The position numbers were made by a program, and so were the translations under genes. The notes beneath the pieces were generated by a model. The model did no database searches and was not told where the DNA came from. It was given only the letters and a program-made list of their open reading frames with translations. A DNA stretch of 64,000 nucleotides, taken from Deltaproteobacteria bacterium. GTDB taxonomy: Bacteria; Myxococcota_A; Polyangia; Fen-1088. The stretch covers positions 320,001 through 384,000 of the forward strand of contig JANRKS010000019.1 in assembly GCA_033763315.1 (NCBI GenBank), written 5' to 3'. This document shows, one piece after another, positions 37,347-48,283 of this stretch. Numbering within the stretch: position 1 is the stretch's first letter; every line of letters starts with the position of its first letter.

Positions 37347-38948
37347 ATGAGCGCGAATGCAGAATCGTTAGGCCAGGGCAGCGCAACCTCGCTTGCCAAT
37401 AAGAAGTTGTTCATTTGCTGTTTCGCCGCGCTGGTGGCGACGTCGTTCGGCTTCATATTGCGCGTGTTCGCGATCGACGACTGGGCAGCGGCTTTCAACC
37501 TCACCGAAACGCAGAAGGGTGAAATCTTCGGCGTGGGCCTGTGGCCGTTCGCGATCAGCATCGTGTTGTTCAGCTTGGTGATCGATCGCATCGGTTACCG
37601 CACGGCGCTGATCTTCGCGTTCGTGTGCCACGTGCTCTCCGCGGTTCTCACAATCACGGCGAATGGTTATTGGTCGCTTTATTTGGGCACATTCATCGTG
37701 GCCATCGCGAACGGCACTGTGGAAGCTGTGATCAATCCGGTGATCGCGACGGCTTTCCGCAAGGAAAAGACCAAATGGCTCAACATGCTGCATGCCGGTT
37801 GGCCCGCGGGGCTCATGATCGGCGGCATCTTGGCCATCGGCATGGGCGCGGGCGTTTCGTGGAAGTTCAAGATCGCTCTGATTTTGATCCCGACGCTTGT
37901 CTACGGCGTGTTGATGCTGGGCGTGAAGTTCCCCATCAACGAACGTGTGGCAGCGGGCGTGCCTTACAAGACCATGCTCAAGGAAGTGGGCGCCTTGGGG
38001 ACCGCAATCATCACGTGGATGATCGTGTGGGAAGTGGGCCGTGTGTTCAATTTCCCCGTGGCTTTGAAGTGGGCTTTGGTGTTGGCCGTGGTGGGCGGCT
38101 ATGGCGCTTACACGCGCAGCTTGGGCCGGCCGTTGTTGGTGTTCTTGTTCATCGTGATGATCCCGTTGGCCACAACCGAACTTGGCACCGACAGCTGGAT
38201 CACGTCGCTGGTGGCGCCCGAAGTGGGCAAGATGGGCCTCAACCCTGGTTGGGTTTTGGTGTTGACGTCTTTGGTGATGATGCTGTTACGCTTTGTGGCT
38301 GGCCCCATCGTGCACAAGCTTTCGCCATTAGGCTTGCTGGCAGCGGCGGCGGCGATTGCCGCTGTGGGCTTGGGTGCTTTGTCGATGGCCACGGGTGTGG
38401 CGATCTTCGCGGCGGCCATCATCTATGCGTTGGGCAAAACCTTCTTTTGGCCCACGATGTTGGGCGTGGTGGCCGAGCAATTCCCGAAGGGCGGCGCCTT
38501 AACGTTGAACGCCATGGGTGGCGTGGGCATGTTGGCGGCGGGTGTTGTGGGCGCGCAGCTTTTGGGCGGCATTCAAGATCACGCCATCGACCGCGGTTTG
38601 CAGTCTTACGACGAGGCCCACAACACGCAGCTTCACAGCAGCATCACCGTGGAGAAAGAAGGCACGTTTGGCTCGTACCGTGCGGTCAACCAAACGGCGT
38701 TGGCCTCGGCGAACCCTGCCACAGTGGCAGCGGTGGATGAGGCCACAGGCGCGGCGAAGAAAGAAGCCCTGCGCACCGTGGCTTTGTTCCCGCTGTTCTT
38801 GTTGGTGTCGTTCGGCGGCTTGGTGCTCTACTTCAAGAGCCGCGGCGGTTACCGCGCGGTCGAGCTGGAAACGTTGGCTGTGGAACGGCCCGCAGGCGCG
38901 CCAGTGAGCGCACGCGCCGCGGATGTCAGCAGCCCCGTGAGCACGTAA
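37347..38948 (+). CDS. MFS transporter (sugar/fucose-permease-like)
   Basis: About 12 TM helices; IDRIGYR, NGTVEAVINP and LNMLHAGWPAG motifs; GGAGG RBS. Confidence 0.88.
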   Translation: MSANAESLGQGSATSLANKKLFICCFAALVATSFGFILRVFAIDDWAAAFNLTETQKGEIFGVGLWPFAISIVLFSLVIDRIGYRTALIFAFVCHVLSAVLTITANGYWSLYLGTFIVAIANGTVEAVINPVIATAFRKEKTKWLNMLHAGWPAGLMIGGILAIGMGAGVSWKFKIALILIPTLVYGVLMLGVKFPINERVAAGVPYKTMLKEVGALGTAIITWMIVWEVGRVFNFPVALKWALVLAVVGGYGAYTRSLGRPLLVFLFIVMIPLATTELGTDSWITSLVAPEVGKMGLNPGWVLVLTSLVMMLLRFVAGPIVHKLSPLGLLAAAAAIAAVGLGALSMATGVAIFAAAIIYALGKTFFWPTMLGVVAEQFPKGGALTLNAMGGVGMLAAGVVGAQLLGGIQDHAIDRGLQSYDEAHNTQLHSSITVEKEGTFGSYRAVNQTALASANPATVAAVDEATGAAKKEALRTVALFPLFLLVSFGGLVLYFKSRGGYRAVELETLAVERPAGAPVSARAADVSSPVST

Positions 38949-38961
38949 GAAAAAAGTCGAC

Positions 38962-40704
38962 TCATGAAAAAGGGTGCGTCTTCGGGCGCACCCTTCTTCG
39001 ATTCCGGGCCATCACGGCGAACGCCAAGCCCGCACACAAAAACCACGGTTGTGCGCTTTGGCGTGAACGCGTATGCGCGACGCTGCATGAGCCGCTTGAT
39101 TTGTCTTCATCGGCCCCGGCGTTGCCACCGCTAGCGCCATGGCGAGCGTCAGCGCCGCCTTGGTTGGGGGAGCCGGCCATGCCGCCCTGGTTGGTAACAC
39201 CACTGCCGCCTTGGCTCAGTCCACCGCTGCCGCCGGTGTTCGCGGTGGTGCCTCCAGCACCCGCATTGCCGCCGATTCCGCCATTTCCACCCGCACCACC
39301 GATAGGTGCGTCACTCGATTTAGACAGCACCCATTGGTTCACCGTCCACTCCTCGTAGGCGCCGAGCTTGAACATCAGCGGGGCGGTCGGTCCTTTCGGT
39401 TTGCCCGTGCTCGGATTGGCGTATGAGGCCACATCTTTGACGTTGGTGAAGGTGTTGTTTTCGATGACGGCGGCGTAGCTTGCTGCATTTCGCATCAACG
39501 GACGCGAGGTTCCGTTGAGCTCGAACACGTTGTCGCGGATGACGATGGTCTTCCAGTCGGTGACCCCGCCATTGCGCTCGGGGCGAAAGTCGAACAGGCC
39601 CTCTGTTCGCGGCGTGACCGTGGTCTCTGCGATGACGTGGTTGTTGTAGAACGCGAAGGTATTGTAGACGCCCTCGTTCCAGTAGAGGCCACGGCCCGGG
39701 ATGTGGATCAAGTTGTCGTGCATCTTCGTGCCACCCGTGGCCACCGACGAATCAAAGCCGCTGATCAGATTGCCGCCGTCCGCCTGCTTTGAGAAGTCGA
39801 AGAGGTTGTGATCGATTTCCACGCCGTTGCGGTGGTACTCGAATGAGTAAGACGACTTGAAATAATTGTGATGAACGTGAAACGAATAGCCGCCCGCAGG
39901 GAAGTTGCCGCCGCCGTATTTGGGGATCGATACCGTGCCACCGATGTAGTTGTGGTCGATCTCCACAAAGTGATCGTTCTCAAACGGAAATTCGATCGCA
40001 AAGTCGGTTGCGATGCTGTTGCTAAAAATGTGCAGGTTGCGGCCTTCGCGCCCCTTGATCCCGTACGAATCGTTGCCTTGGCTGCGCGCGAAGCGGTTGT
40101 TGGTGATCTCAGAATTCTTTGTGTACGTGAGGAACAACTGGCCGCCTGACGAGCCGGTGGTGATCATGCTCTTGTTGCCGGCGTCGAAGAAGCTGTTGTC
40201 GTGAATCTTCGAATCGTTTAAGCCATACGTCCGAACCCCTGCCCACAAGAAAGTTTTGATTTCGAGGCCCGACACTTCAAGCCGGGTGACGTTGAAACCG
40301 CATATCGCGCCGTGCATTTGCGGCCCCGTAAGGGTGAGGTCTGCGATGCCAACGTCCATCGCGTTTTCACCCAAGTTAATGAGGTATGATTTGCATTGGA
40401 TGGCGGTGCGCGTGGCGCCCTCATCACTTTGCAAGCCTGCGTTGCCCGGCGCCCATGCGGCGGCATTCTTTATGATCGTGTTGCCGGCCCCCGCGCCCTT
40501 GAGCTTCATTCCCGGTTTTGGTGTCAAAGGCGCCGTCAACTCGAAGGTGCCGGCGGCGATGGTGACCGTGGCGTTGGCCTGGCCCTCGTTGACGGCCTTG
40601 ACAAGTTCGGCCGCGGTTTTGACCTGCGCCGCGGCCGGCGCCTCCATACCCACAAGAACGCCCATGACAAACGGAAGGGCAGCGAACAACCGTAGGTGAA
40701 GCAT
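38962..40704 (-). CDS. Secreted right-handed parallel beta-helix protein (pectin-lyase-like) with Gly-rich linker and MYXO-CTERM-like sorting tail
   Basis: Signal peptide, AAGTFELTAPL and repeated IHDNSF/IDHNLF/IRDNVF motifs. C-terminus is SSGSCSVA...WFLCAGLAFAVMARNRRR. AGGAG RBS before the ATG at 40704. Confidence 0.82.
   Translation of the reverse strand: MLHLRLFAALPFVMGVLVGMEAPAAAQVKTAAELVKAVNEGQANATVTIAAGTFELTAPLTPKPGMKLKGAGAGNTIIKNAAAWAPGNAGLQSDEGATRTAIQCKSYLINLGENAMDVGIADLTLTGPQMHGAICGFNVTRLEVSGLEIKTFLWAGVRTYGLNDSKIHDNSFFDAGNKSMITTGSSGGQLFLTYTKNSEITNNRFARSQGNDSYGIKGREGRNLHIFSNSIATDFAIEFPFENDHFVEIDHNYIGGTVSIPKYGGGNFPAGGYSFHVHHNYFKSSYSFEYHRNGVEIDHNLFDFSKQADGGNLISGFDSSVATGGTKMHDNLIHIPGRGLYWNEGVYNTFAFYNNHVIAETTVTPRTEGLFDFRPERNGGVTDWKTIVIRDNVFELNGTSRPLMRNAASYAAVIENNTFTNVKDVASYANPSTGKPKGPTAPLMFKLGAYEEWTVNQWVLSKSSDAPIGGAGGNGGIGGNAGAGGTTANTGGSGGLSQGGSGVTNQGGMAGSPNQGGADARHGASGGNAGADEDKSSGSCSVAHTRSRQSAQPWFLCAGLAFAVMARNRRRVRPKTHPFS
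38967..38998. terminator. Bidirectional terminator between convergent genes
   Basis: AAGGGTGCGTC-TTCG-GGCGCACCCTT hairpin (cUUCGg loop) with A/T flanks. Confidence 0.7.
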
Positions 40705-40797
40705 CAGATCTCCTGTCTCCTGGTGAGGGCTCGCCACCACGTAGGGCCGCAGCCCATGGTAGCCTGGAACTATTGCGCCCAGCGGGCCGTTTTTGTC

Positions 40798-41424
40798 ATG
40801 GCAACTTCAATAGAATCCGTTTCTCTCATCCCAGGACCCGTGCCGAATGCGGCGCGGCTAGATGCCCAACTTCTCGAATTGCGAGCGCTTTATCCACGGG
40901 CCATCATCGACCGGTACCTTGAAAAGCTGCCCACACTGGGGCAGCGGGTTTTGATAGCGCCCGGCGCGGCGGTGGTGGCTGAGGTTTATCTGGGTGATGA
41001 TGTCTCGGTGTGGTTCGGCGCCGTTTTGCGGGGCGATTTGGCGCCCGTGCGCGTGGGTGCCCGCAGCAACATCCAAGATGGAGCGGTTTTGCATGTGGGT
41101 GATTTTAGCCCGTGCCAAGTGGACGAGGATGTGGTGGTGGGCCACCGAGCGATGCTTCACGGGTGCCATGTGGAACGGGGTTGCTTGATTGGCATGCAGG
41201 CCACCGTTTTGGACGACGCCGTCGTGGGCCATGGCTCAGTGGTGGGCGCCGGGGCGGTGGTGCCACCCAAGTCCATCATCCCGCCTCGCAGTTTGGTGCT
41301 GGGGGTTCCCGGCAAAGTGGTTCGAACGCTCACCGAAACAGATGAAGCGATGGCGGTAGGCCTGGCCGCCAAATACGCACGCCTCAAAGAGAACTATCTG
41401 CGGGACGCTTTGTCGCGGGGCTAA
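40798..41424 (+). CDS. Gamma carbonic anhydrase family protein (hexapeptide repeat)
   Basis: SVWFGAVLRGD, SNIQDGAVLH, VGHRAMLHGC and GVPGKVVR motifs. Confidence 0.92.
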   Translation: MATSIESVSLIPGPVPNAARLDAQLLELRALYPRAIIDRYLEKLPTLGQRVLIAPGAAVVAEVYLGDDVSVWFGAVLRGDLAPVRVGARSNIQDGAVLHVGDFSPCQVDEDVVVGHRAMLHGCHVERGCLIGMQATVLDDAVVGHGSVVGAGAVVPPKSIIPPRSLVLGVPGKVVRTLTETDEAMAVGLAAKYARLKENYLRDALSRG

Positions 41425-42997
41425 ACACGCGCTGCCACAACGCCGCCACCAGCCGCGAAGGCAAATCGCTGCGGCGCCACAGGGCCGTGGGCAAGGCCGA
41501 CAGCGCCGCTGCGCGCCCGCGTTGCTCGATTTCATAATCAACCGCAGCCACGGCATCCTCGATTGTGGAAAAGCGCGCCATCGGTTCATCATCGATTAGC
41601 ACCTCCCACACTTTGCCGCGCCCTGTGCGTTTGCACGCCACAACTTCGCTTATCTTTCCGGGCGCGCGCTCGAAGTGCAGACCCAAGCCATGGCGGCCCA
41701 GCGAGAACCACGCGTTGGCAGAAATGGCGCGCACGTCATCGTGCACCTGCAACGTCAAAGGATCGAACGCGGCCGCGCGCGCCTGGATCTCAGGCAACGT
41801 CACCGCGCCCGCTTCCAACTCGAAGCCAGGATGATCGAAAAGGATCTGCTGCCAGGCACGGCGGGCGGCGTTTGCGTCTCCGCCCATCAAATTTAGATCA
41901 CGGGGCACACCGAACAAAGACGGCAAGGTGCACAAGCTCAACACAGAGACATCAACGAAATCGAGGATCAGGCAATCCTTTTTGTTGGGGAAAAGGCGCG
42001 TGCCGCGGCCCACGCACTGGGCATAAAGCCCTTCAGAGCGCGTGGGGCGCGCCATGGCCACGCATGACACCCCCGGATCGTCGAAGCCTTCGGTGAGCAC
42101 CGCCACATTGGTCAAGACCTGCGTTCGGCCGTTGCGAAAATCATCCAGAGCCTTGGCACGCACGTCGGCCGGCATCTCGCCATGAACGATGCCGGCGGGC
42201 ACGCCCAACAGGTTAAGCGATCGGCACAGGTTGCGTGCGTGGTTGACCGTGACACAAAAGGCGATGGTCCGGCGATCGCGCGCCAGCTCTTGAATGGAAC
42301 GCGCCACAAGGGCATTGCGCTCTTCGATGTCCACCGCCTCGGCCAATTCTTCTTCACGAAAATCCGATCCGGTCGCTGACAGCCGAGAAAGGTCTGCGGA
42401 GGTGCGAATGCGAAAACCGCGCAAGGGCGCCAGGTATCCGTCCTCGATCATTTCGGGTAGCGTGCGCGTGTAGACGATCCTCTCGAACACTTTGTCCAAG
42501 CCCTTGCCATCGCCTCGGGCTGTGGTGGCTGTGAAGCCAAGCAAGGTGCCGGTCCAGTTGTCGTCAAACGCACCCAGCTGTCGCAGCACGCGCAGGTTGT
42601 CGTCGGCCGCGGCGTGGTGGCATTCGTCATAGATCACCAGGCCCACGTCGCGCCCACGCATCACGCGCGCCAGGCGCTCTTCATGCAGCGAACGCATCGA
42701 ACACACCAGCACCTTGGCGTCGCTGGGCGCCCGGTCCGCCCCCCGTTCAATGGCCACCACCTGCTCGCTGGGCAGGGCCGCTTCCAGCTTCTGGCGCGCT
42801 TGGCCCAGCAGCTCTTCCCGGTGCGCCAGAACCAAAACTTGTTTGCGGGCCCGGCGGGCCAGCTCCGAAAACACCACCGTCTTGCCGGCACCTGTTGGCA
42901 AACAAACGACCATGCGTCGCACGCCCGCCTTGCGCGCGGCCAGCACAGCTTCGATGGCGTCGCGCTGGTAGGGGCGAAGGACGGGGGCTTCGGGCAT
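41384..42997 (-). CDS. Superfamily II DExH helicase (RadD/Irc3-like)
   Basis: LRPYQ, LPTGAGKT, YDECHH, GFTAT, LTEGFD and QCVGRGTR motifs. Confidence 0.9.
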   Translation of the reverse strand: MPEAPVLRPYQRDAIEAVLAARKAGVRRMVVCLPTGAGKTVVFSELARRARKQVLVLAHREELLGQARQKLEAALPSEQVVAIERGADRAPSDAKVLVCSMRSLHEERLARVMRGRDVGLVIYDECHHAAADDNLRVLRQLGAFDDNWTGTLLGFTATTARGDGKGLDKVFERIVYTRTLPEMIEDGYLAPLRGFRIRTSADLSRLSATGSDFREEELAEAVDIEERNALVARSIQELARDRRTIAFCVTVNHARNLCRSLNLLGVPAGIVHGEMPADVRAKALDDFRNGRTQVLTNVAVLTEGFDDPGVSCVAMARPTRSEGLYAQCVGRGTRLFPNKKDCLILDFVDVSVLSLCTLPSLFGVPRDLNLMGGDANAARRAWQQILFDHPGFELEAGAVTLPEIQARAAAFDPLTLQVHDDVRAISANAWFSLGRHGLGLHFERAPGKISEVVACKRTGRGKVWEVLIDDEPMARFSTIEDAVAAVDYEIEQRGRAAALSALPTALWRRSDLPSRLVAALWQRVFSPATKRPADSSL

Positions 42998-43089
42998 AAG
43001 CCGAGTGATATCAGAAGACGGACGCCCTCGTGCCCATTGTGTCCACAGCTTGTGTATCTGGCGAATCTTCCTGCTATTGTGCGGGCGTT

Positions 43090-44236
43090 ATGTTGGAAAT
43101 TAGCCCGATTCGCGAGCGCATCGCCGACCTTCACAAGCGCCTGGGGGCGCTAAGGGGGTATCTTTGACGTTGCGGGCAAACGGCGTCGCATAGCCGAGCT
43201 GGAAGCCATGTCCGGCGCCCCCAAATTTTGGGAGGAGCAGGAAAAAGCTCAGGGGCTTCTTAAAGAACAAGCCCGGCTCAAAACCGAGGTCGAAACCTTC
43301 GACAAGCAGGAAAAGGGGCTGGAAGAGGCCACGATTCTGCTCGACTTGGGCGACGAAGCCAAAGACGAGGCAACGGTCTTGGAGGCCGTGGCCGCTGTCA
43401 AGAAGGTGGAGACCGGCGTTCATGGCCTTGAGTTTGCGCGCATGCTTTCTGGTCCTTACGATCGGCAAGGCGCCATTCTTTCGATCAACGCGGGCGCGGG
43501 CGGCACCGAATCTCAAGATTGGGCCGAGATGTTGCAGCGCATGTTCATGCGCTGGGCGGCACGCCGCGGCTACCCTGTGGAGGTTTTGGATCTGCAGCCT
43601 GGTGAAGAAGCGGGCATCAAGAGCTGCACGCTGAGCATCGCGGGCGACTGGGCCTATGGTTACACGCGCGCGGAATCAGGCGTTCATCGACTGGTGCGGA
43701 TCTCTCCTTACGACGCGCAGGCGCGCCGCCACACCTCGTTCGCTTCGGTGTTCGTTTACCCGGACATCGACGAAAGCATCGACGTTGAGATCGACGAAAA
43801 GGATCTGCGCGTGGACGTAATGCGTTCTGGTGGCGCGGGCGGCCAGCACGTGAACAAAACAGAATCCGCCGTGCGCTTGACCCACTTGCCCACGGGCATT
43901 GCCGTGCATTGCCAATCGGAGCGATCACAGCACAAGAACCGCGCCACGGCGATGCGCATCTTGAAGGCGAAACTTGTTGAGCTTGAACAGAAGAAGCTCG
44001 ACGAGAAGATGGGCAACATCAACGCCCAGAAAAAGGCGATCGAGTGGGGCAGCCAAATTCGTTCCTACGTTTTGGCGCCCTATAAGCTCGCGAATGATCA
44101 CCGCACCGAACTCAAAGTGAACGATGTGGACGCCGTGTTGGACGGCGACCTGGATCAATTCATGGAAGCGATGTTGCTGCTGTTGGCGGGCGACCCCATG
44201 GCGGCGGTGCGCGACGGCACACCCGCAGCCCAGTAA
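43090..44236 (+). CDS. prfB: Peptide chain release factor 2 (programmed +1 frameshift)
   Basis: MLEISPIRERIADLHKRLGALRGYL from 43090 runs into AGGGGG-TAT-CTT-TGA-C (43153-43168). The +1 frame continues to GGTESQDW, RISPY and GGAGGQHVN. Confidence 0.96.
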
Positions 44237-44263
44237 CAAGCAAGCGAGAACAGGGACACGCAC

Positions 44264-45832
44264 ATGGCTGATGAAAATGAGTTGATGGCAGAACGGCAGC
44301 GCAAGGCGGACGAATTGCGCGCGGCCGGCTTGAACCCTTATGCCAACGGGTGGACGCCCACGCACGACGTGGGGCAGCTGATCGAGCGCTTCGGTGCCAC
44401 TGCGCCAGAAGGTTACGAACACCCGGCCGATAAAACGGCGCCCCCCAAACTGCTCTCTGAAGACCGCTTCGCCATCGCGGGGCGCATCATTGCGTACCGC
44501 GGCTTCGGGCGTGCCACGTTTGTGAAGCTGCGCGATCGCACGGGCTCGATGCAAGCGTGGCTCAAGGCCGATGTGTTGCCCGAGGGCATGTACGACGTCT
44601 TCAAGAAGATGGAACGCGGCGATTTTATCGGCGTCACCGGCGTGTGCATGTTCACCAAAACCGGCGAGCTGACGCTGCTGGCAGAATCGTTCACCGTGCT
44701 TACCAAAGCCACGCGACCGCTGCCCGAGAAGTGGCACGGCCTGCAAGACGTTGAGTTGCGCTATCGCCAGCGTTACGTCGATCTGATCGTGAACGATGAA
44801 GTGCGCGAGGTCTTCAAGAAGCGCACCAAGATCATCAGCGCGATCCGGCGCTTCTTCGACACGCGGGATTTCATGGAGGTGGAGACACCCATGATGCACT
44901 CGGTGTTGGGTGGCGCCGCGGCCCGTCCATTTTCAACGCATCACAACGCGCTGGATATGGACTTGTATATGCGCATTGCCCCCGAGCTGTTTTTGAAGCG
45001 GCTTGTGGTGGGCGGCTTTGATCGCGTTTATGAGATCGGCCGCAACTTCCGCAACGAGGGGCTGTCGCGCAAGCACAACCCCGAGTTCACGATGTTGGAG
45101 TTCTACCAAGCCTACGCCACCTTCGAAGATCTCATGGAGCTCACCGAGGAGCTGATCGCCGAATTGGCCCGCGAAGTGCGCGGCAACGAGAGCCTGGTTT
45201 ACGAAGGCCGCACGGTTGATTTGTCACGGCCTTGGCCGCGCTTGCCCATGAAAGACGCGATCGTAACGGCTTCGAAGCAGGGCATGTTACCGCCCGGGTT
45301 GGATCGGCCTGTGTTGGACGATGAAGCTGCTTTATTGGCTTGGATCGAGAGCCATGGCATCACCAACCGCAAAGACGAGTTGGGTCAGGTGCTGCGCAAG
45401 TGTGAGAACCACGGTGAACGCGTGGGCGCCTTGTTTGATTATGGTGGCGAGTTGGCCTTGCCCTTTGATCGGCCTGTGTTCGTCTACGATTATCCCGCCG
45501 AAACATCGCCGCTATCACGCCGCAACGACGACGAGCCTGCGAAGGTCGACCGCTTCGAGCTGTTTATCGTGGGCCGCGAGCATGCCAATGGCTTCTCGGA
45601 GTTGAACGATCCCGTGGACCAGCGTCAACGCTTCGCCAAACAGCAAGATGCCAAAGCCCGTGGCGCCGACGAGACGATGGATTACGACGAGGATTATTGC
45701 CGCGCCTTGGAATACGGCTTGCCACCCACGGCAGGCGAGGGCATCGGCATCGATCGCTTGGTGATGTTGCTGTGCGATCAGCCCAGCATCCGTGACGTGA
45801 TCTTGTTCCCGCTGATGAGGCCCGAACTTTAG
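44264..45832 (+). CDS. lysS: Lysine--tRNA ligase (class II)
   Basis: [33 protein letters not shown] and GEGIGIDRL motifs. Confidence 0.97.
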   Translation: MADENELMAERQRKADELRAAGLNPYANGWTPTHDVGQLIERFGATAPEGYEHPADKTAPPKLLSEDRFAIAGRIIAYRGFGRATFVKLRDRTGSMQAWLKADVLPEGMYDVFKKMERGDFIGVTGVCMFTKTGELTLLAESFTVLTKATRPLPEKWHGLQDVELRYRQRYVDLIVNDEVREVFKKRTKIISAIRRFFDTRDFMEVETPMMHSVLGGAAARPFSTHHNALDMDLYMRIAPELFLKRLVVGGFDRVYEIGRNFRNEGLSRKHNPEFTMLEFYQAYATFEDLMELTEELIAELAREVRGNESLVYEGRTVDLSRPWPRLPMKDAIVTASKQGMLPPGLDRPVLDDEAALLAWIESHGITNRKDELGQVLRKCENHGERVGALFDYGGELALPFDRPVFVYDYPAETSPLSRRNDDEPAKVDRFELFIVGREHANGFSELNDPVDQRQRFAKQQDAKARGADETMDYDEDYCRALEYGLPPTAGEGIGIDRLVMLLCDQPSIRDVILFPLMRPEL

Positions 45833-45839
45833 GCACCCT

Positions 45840-47471
45840 ATGCCCACCCGCGGGTTCGAATGGTTCGTGGCGTGGCGGCACTTAAGTGGCCGCCCCGGCC
45901 GCATGCCGCGCACAATGGTGGTGGGCTTTGTGCTGCTGCTGTTGGGGGCTGGCGTCGCGTATGGAGCCACACGCTGGCAGGCCAGCCTCGAAGCGCCGCA
46001 AGAGCTATTCTTACCAGCGCGCCAGATCCGCTGGCTGGGTTACGCCAAGATCGTGGGCCTGGTTGCTGCAGGGTTGGGTGGTTTGTTTGCGTATCTGGGC
46101 GGCCTCTTTAGCCGCTTTACGGTGTTCACGTCGTTCTCGATCTTCGGCGTGTTCCTGGGAACCGCCGCGCCGATCGTCGCGCTGTCTGTGATGTCTGGCT
46201 TCGAGGCGGATCTCAAGAACAAGATCCGCGGTTGGAAGGCCGACGTGGTGGTGGAAAGCGCCACAGATAAGCCGTTCGTGGATTGGCGCCCGTTGCTCAA
46301 CAAGATCGAAACCATCCCCAACGTGATGGGCGCCGCTCCTTACTTGGAAACGGAACTGATGATCTTCGCCAGCAACACGCCTTCAGGCATCATGTTGCGT
46401 GGCATCGAGCCCGAATCCGCCAAGAAGGTGCTGGATCTGTCGTCGCACATGAAAGAGGGCTCACTTGCCGACTTGAAGCCGGCCGACCGCGCGCCCGATG
46501 GCCCGGAACACGTTGAGCCGCCGCCGTTGCCCACCGACGAACAGTTGGAGCCGCCCGGCGAAGAGGACAACGCCGACGGTACCCACAAAAAGACGGTGGG
46601 CTCGAAGAAGTCGGGCAAGTGGAGCCCCAGCGATCCCGAGGGCGCCACTGTGACCTTGCACCCAGCGCTCGGTCCGGAAACGCCAGCAATCGTTCTGGGT
46701 GAGGAATTATTTGCCCGCACTCTGCGTTTGTTTGTCGGCGACGGGGTCGATTTGATGTGCCCCCTGTGCGGCGTGGGCCCAACGGGGCCGATTCCCAAGA
46801 GCCGTCCGTTTCGCGTGGTGGGGCATTTCAAAAGCGGCATGTACGAATACGACTCAAAACTGGCCTACGTTCATCTGGCCGAAGCGCAACGTTTACTGGG
46901 CACGCCGGGCGAAATCACAGGCATCGACGTGCGCACACGGTCGGCCGACGACGCGCGCGCCGTGGCCGATCAGATCCACGCACGGCTTGGGCCAGGTTAC
47001 CGCGTTCGCACCTGGGAAGATTTGAACCGCGCCTTGTTCCTGGCTTTACGTCTTGAGAAGATCGCGATGTTCGTGGCGTTGGCGTTCATCGGCCTCGTGG
47101 CGTCGTTTTCGATCGTCTCCAACCTCTTTATGCTGGTGACGGAAAAGGCGCGCGAAGTGGCGATCCTCAAGGGCATGGGCGCTACGGATCAGGGGATCCG
47201 GCGGCTGTTTTTGCTTGAGGGCGCTTACATTGGGCTGTTGGGAAGCGTGGTAGGCGCCGCCGTCGGCGTGGCCGCTTGCCTTTTGATGGAGACGTATGGC
47301 CTGCCTTTGCCCAGCGACATCTATTACATCGATCAATTGCCGGTGGTGATGCGTCCGCTTGAAGTCGTCGGGATCTCGGCGGTGGCCTTGGCTTTGGCGG
47401 TGCTTGCTGCGGTTTATCCCGCCATCCTGGCGTCGCGCCTTCGTCCGGTGGAAGGGTTGCGGTACGAATGA
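45840..47471 (+). CDS. Lipoprotein-releasing ABC transporter permease LolC/E family
   Basis: [30 protein letters not shown] and [18 protein letters not shown] motifs. Confidence 0.9.
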   Translation: MPTRGFEWFVAWRHLSGRPGRMPRTMVVGFVLLLLGAGVAYGATRWQASLEAPQELFLPARQIRWLGYAKIVGLVAAGLGGLFAYLGGLFSRFTVFTSFSIFGVFLGTAAPIVALSVMSGFEADLKNKIRGWKADVVVESATDKPFVDWRPLLNKIETIPNVMGAAPYLETELMIFASNTPSGIMLRGIEPESAKKVLDLSSHMKEGSLADLKPADRAPDGPEHVEPPPLPTDEQLEPPGEEDNADGTHKKTVGSKKSGKWSPSDPEGATVTLHPALGPETPAIVLGEELFARTLRLFVGDGVDLMCPLCGVGPTGPIPKSRPFRVVGHFKSGMYEYDSKLAYVHLAEAQRLLGTPGEITGIDVRTRSADDARAVADQIHARLGPGYRVRTWEDLNRALFLALRLEKIAMFVALAFIGLVASFSIVSNLFMLVTEKAREVAILKGMGATDQGIRRLFLLEGAYIGLLGSVVGAAVGVAACLLMETYGLPLPSDIYYIDQLPVVMRPLEVVGISAVALALAVLAAVYPAILASRLRPVEGLRYE

Positions 47472-48283
47472 GCCACGGCGCCGAATCAATGAATGTTTCA
47501 GGGGGTTTGACACCTGGGGGACGGGTGGATACGGTGGCCCCCTCAATGTCCGCCGCCGCGCCTTCCCCTTCGTCAACGTCGCCCTTGGTCCGGGCCAACG
47601 GGGGTGTGCACGTGCGCACCGTGGACGTCCGCAAAGCCTTTAAGCACGGCGAGCGCCAGCTTGAGGTTCTGCGCGGCATCAACTTCGAGCTGCGCTCGGG
47701 CGAAATTGCGGCGGTCGTCGGTGCATCGGGTGTGGGAAAATCCACACTTCTTCACCTGCTGGGCACGCTAGATCTTCCCACCTCAGGGCAGGTCATTTTT
47801 GATGGGGAGGACGTCACCAAGCTTTCGCACACAAAGCTCGCCGACTTTCGCAACCAACATGTGGGCTTCGTGTTTCAGTTCCATCATTTGCTGCCGGAAT
47901 TCACCGCGCTTGAAAACGCGATGATGCCGGGTCTCATCAAGCGCCTGCCTCGCAATCAATGTGAAGCCCGAGCCACCGAAATTCTCACGCGGGTGGGGCT
48001 GGCGCAGCGCCTGACCCATCGCCCGGGCGAGCTTTCGGGCGGCGAGCAACAGCGCGTGGCTTTGGCGCGTGCCTTGTTCTTGAAACCGCGGTTGTTGCTG
48101 GCTGATGAACCCACGGGCAACCTCGACACCCGCACAAGCCGCGAAATGCACCAGATGTTCTTCGATCTAAACCAGGAGTTGGGCATGACCATTTTGCTGG
48201 TCACCCACAACGATGAACTGGCGGCGCAGGTGCCGCGACGGCTGAAGATGGTTGATGGCGTGATAGAAGAGGCCAACGTTTAG
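47468..48283 (+). CDS. lolD: Lipoprotein-releasing ABC transporter ATPase
   Basis: [32 protein letters not shown] and ADEPTGNLD motifs. Confidence 0.92.
   Translation: MSHGAESMNVSGGLTPGGRVDTVAPSMSAAAPSPSSTSPLVRANGGVHVRTVDVRKAFKHGERQLEVLRGINFELRSGEIAAVVGASGVGKSTLLHLLGTLDLPTSGQVIFDGEDVTKLSHTKLADFRNQHVGFVFQFHHLLPEFTALENAMMPGLIKRLPRNQCEARATEILTRVGLAQRLTHRPGELSGGEQQRVALARALFLKPRLLLADEPTGNLDTRTSREMHQMFFDLNQELGMTILLVTHNDELAAQVPRRLKMVDGVIEEANV

Noticed and set aside
41384-42997. DExH helicase as part of a restriction or defence system
   Set aside because: No methylase, nuclease or other defence gene is adjacent; it sits alone among housekeeping genes.
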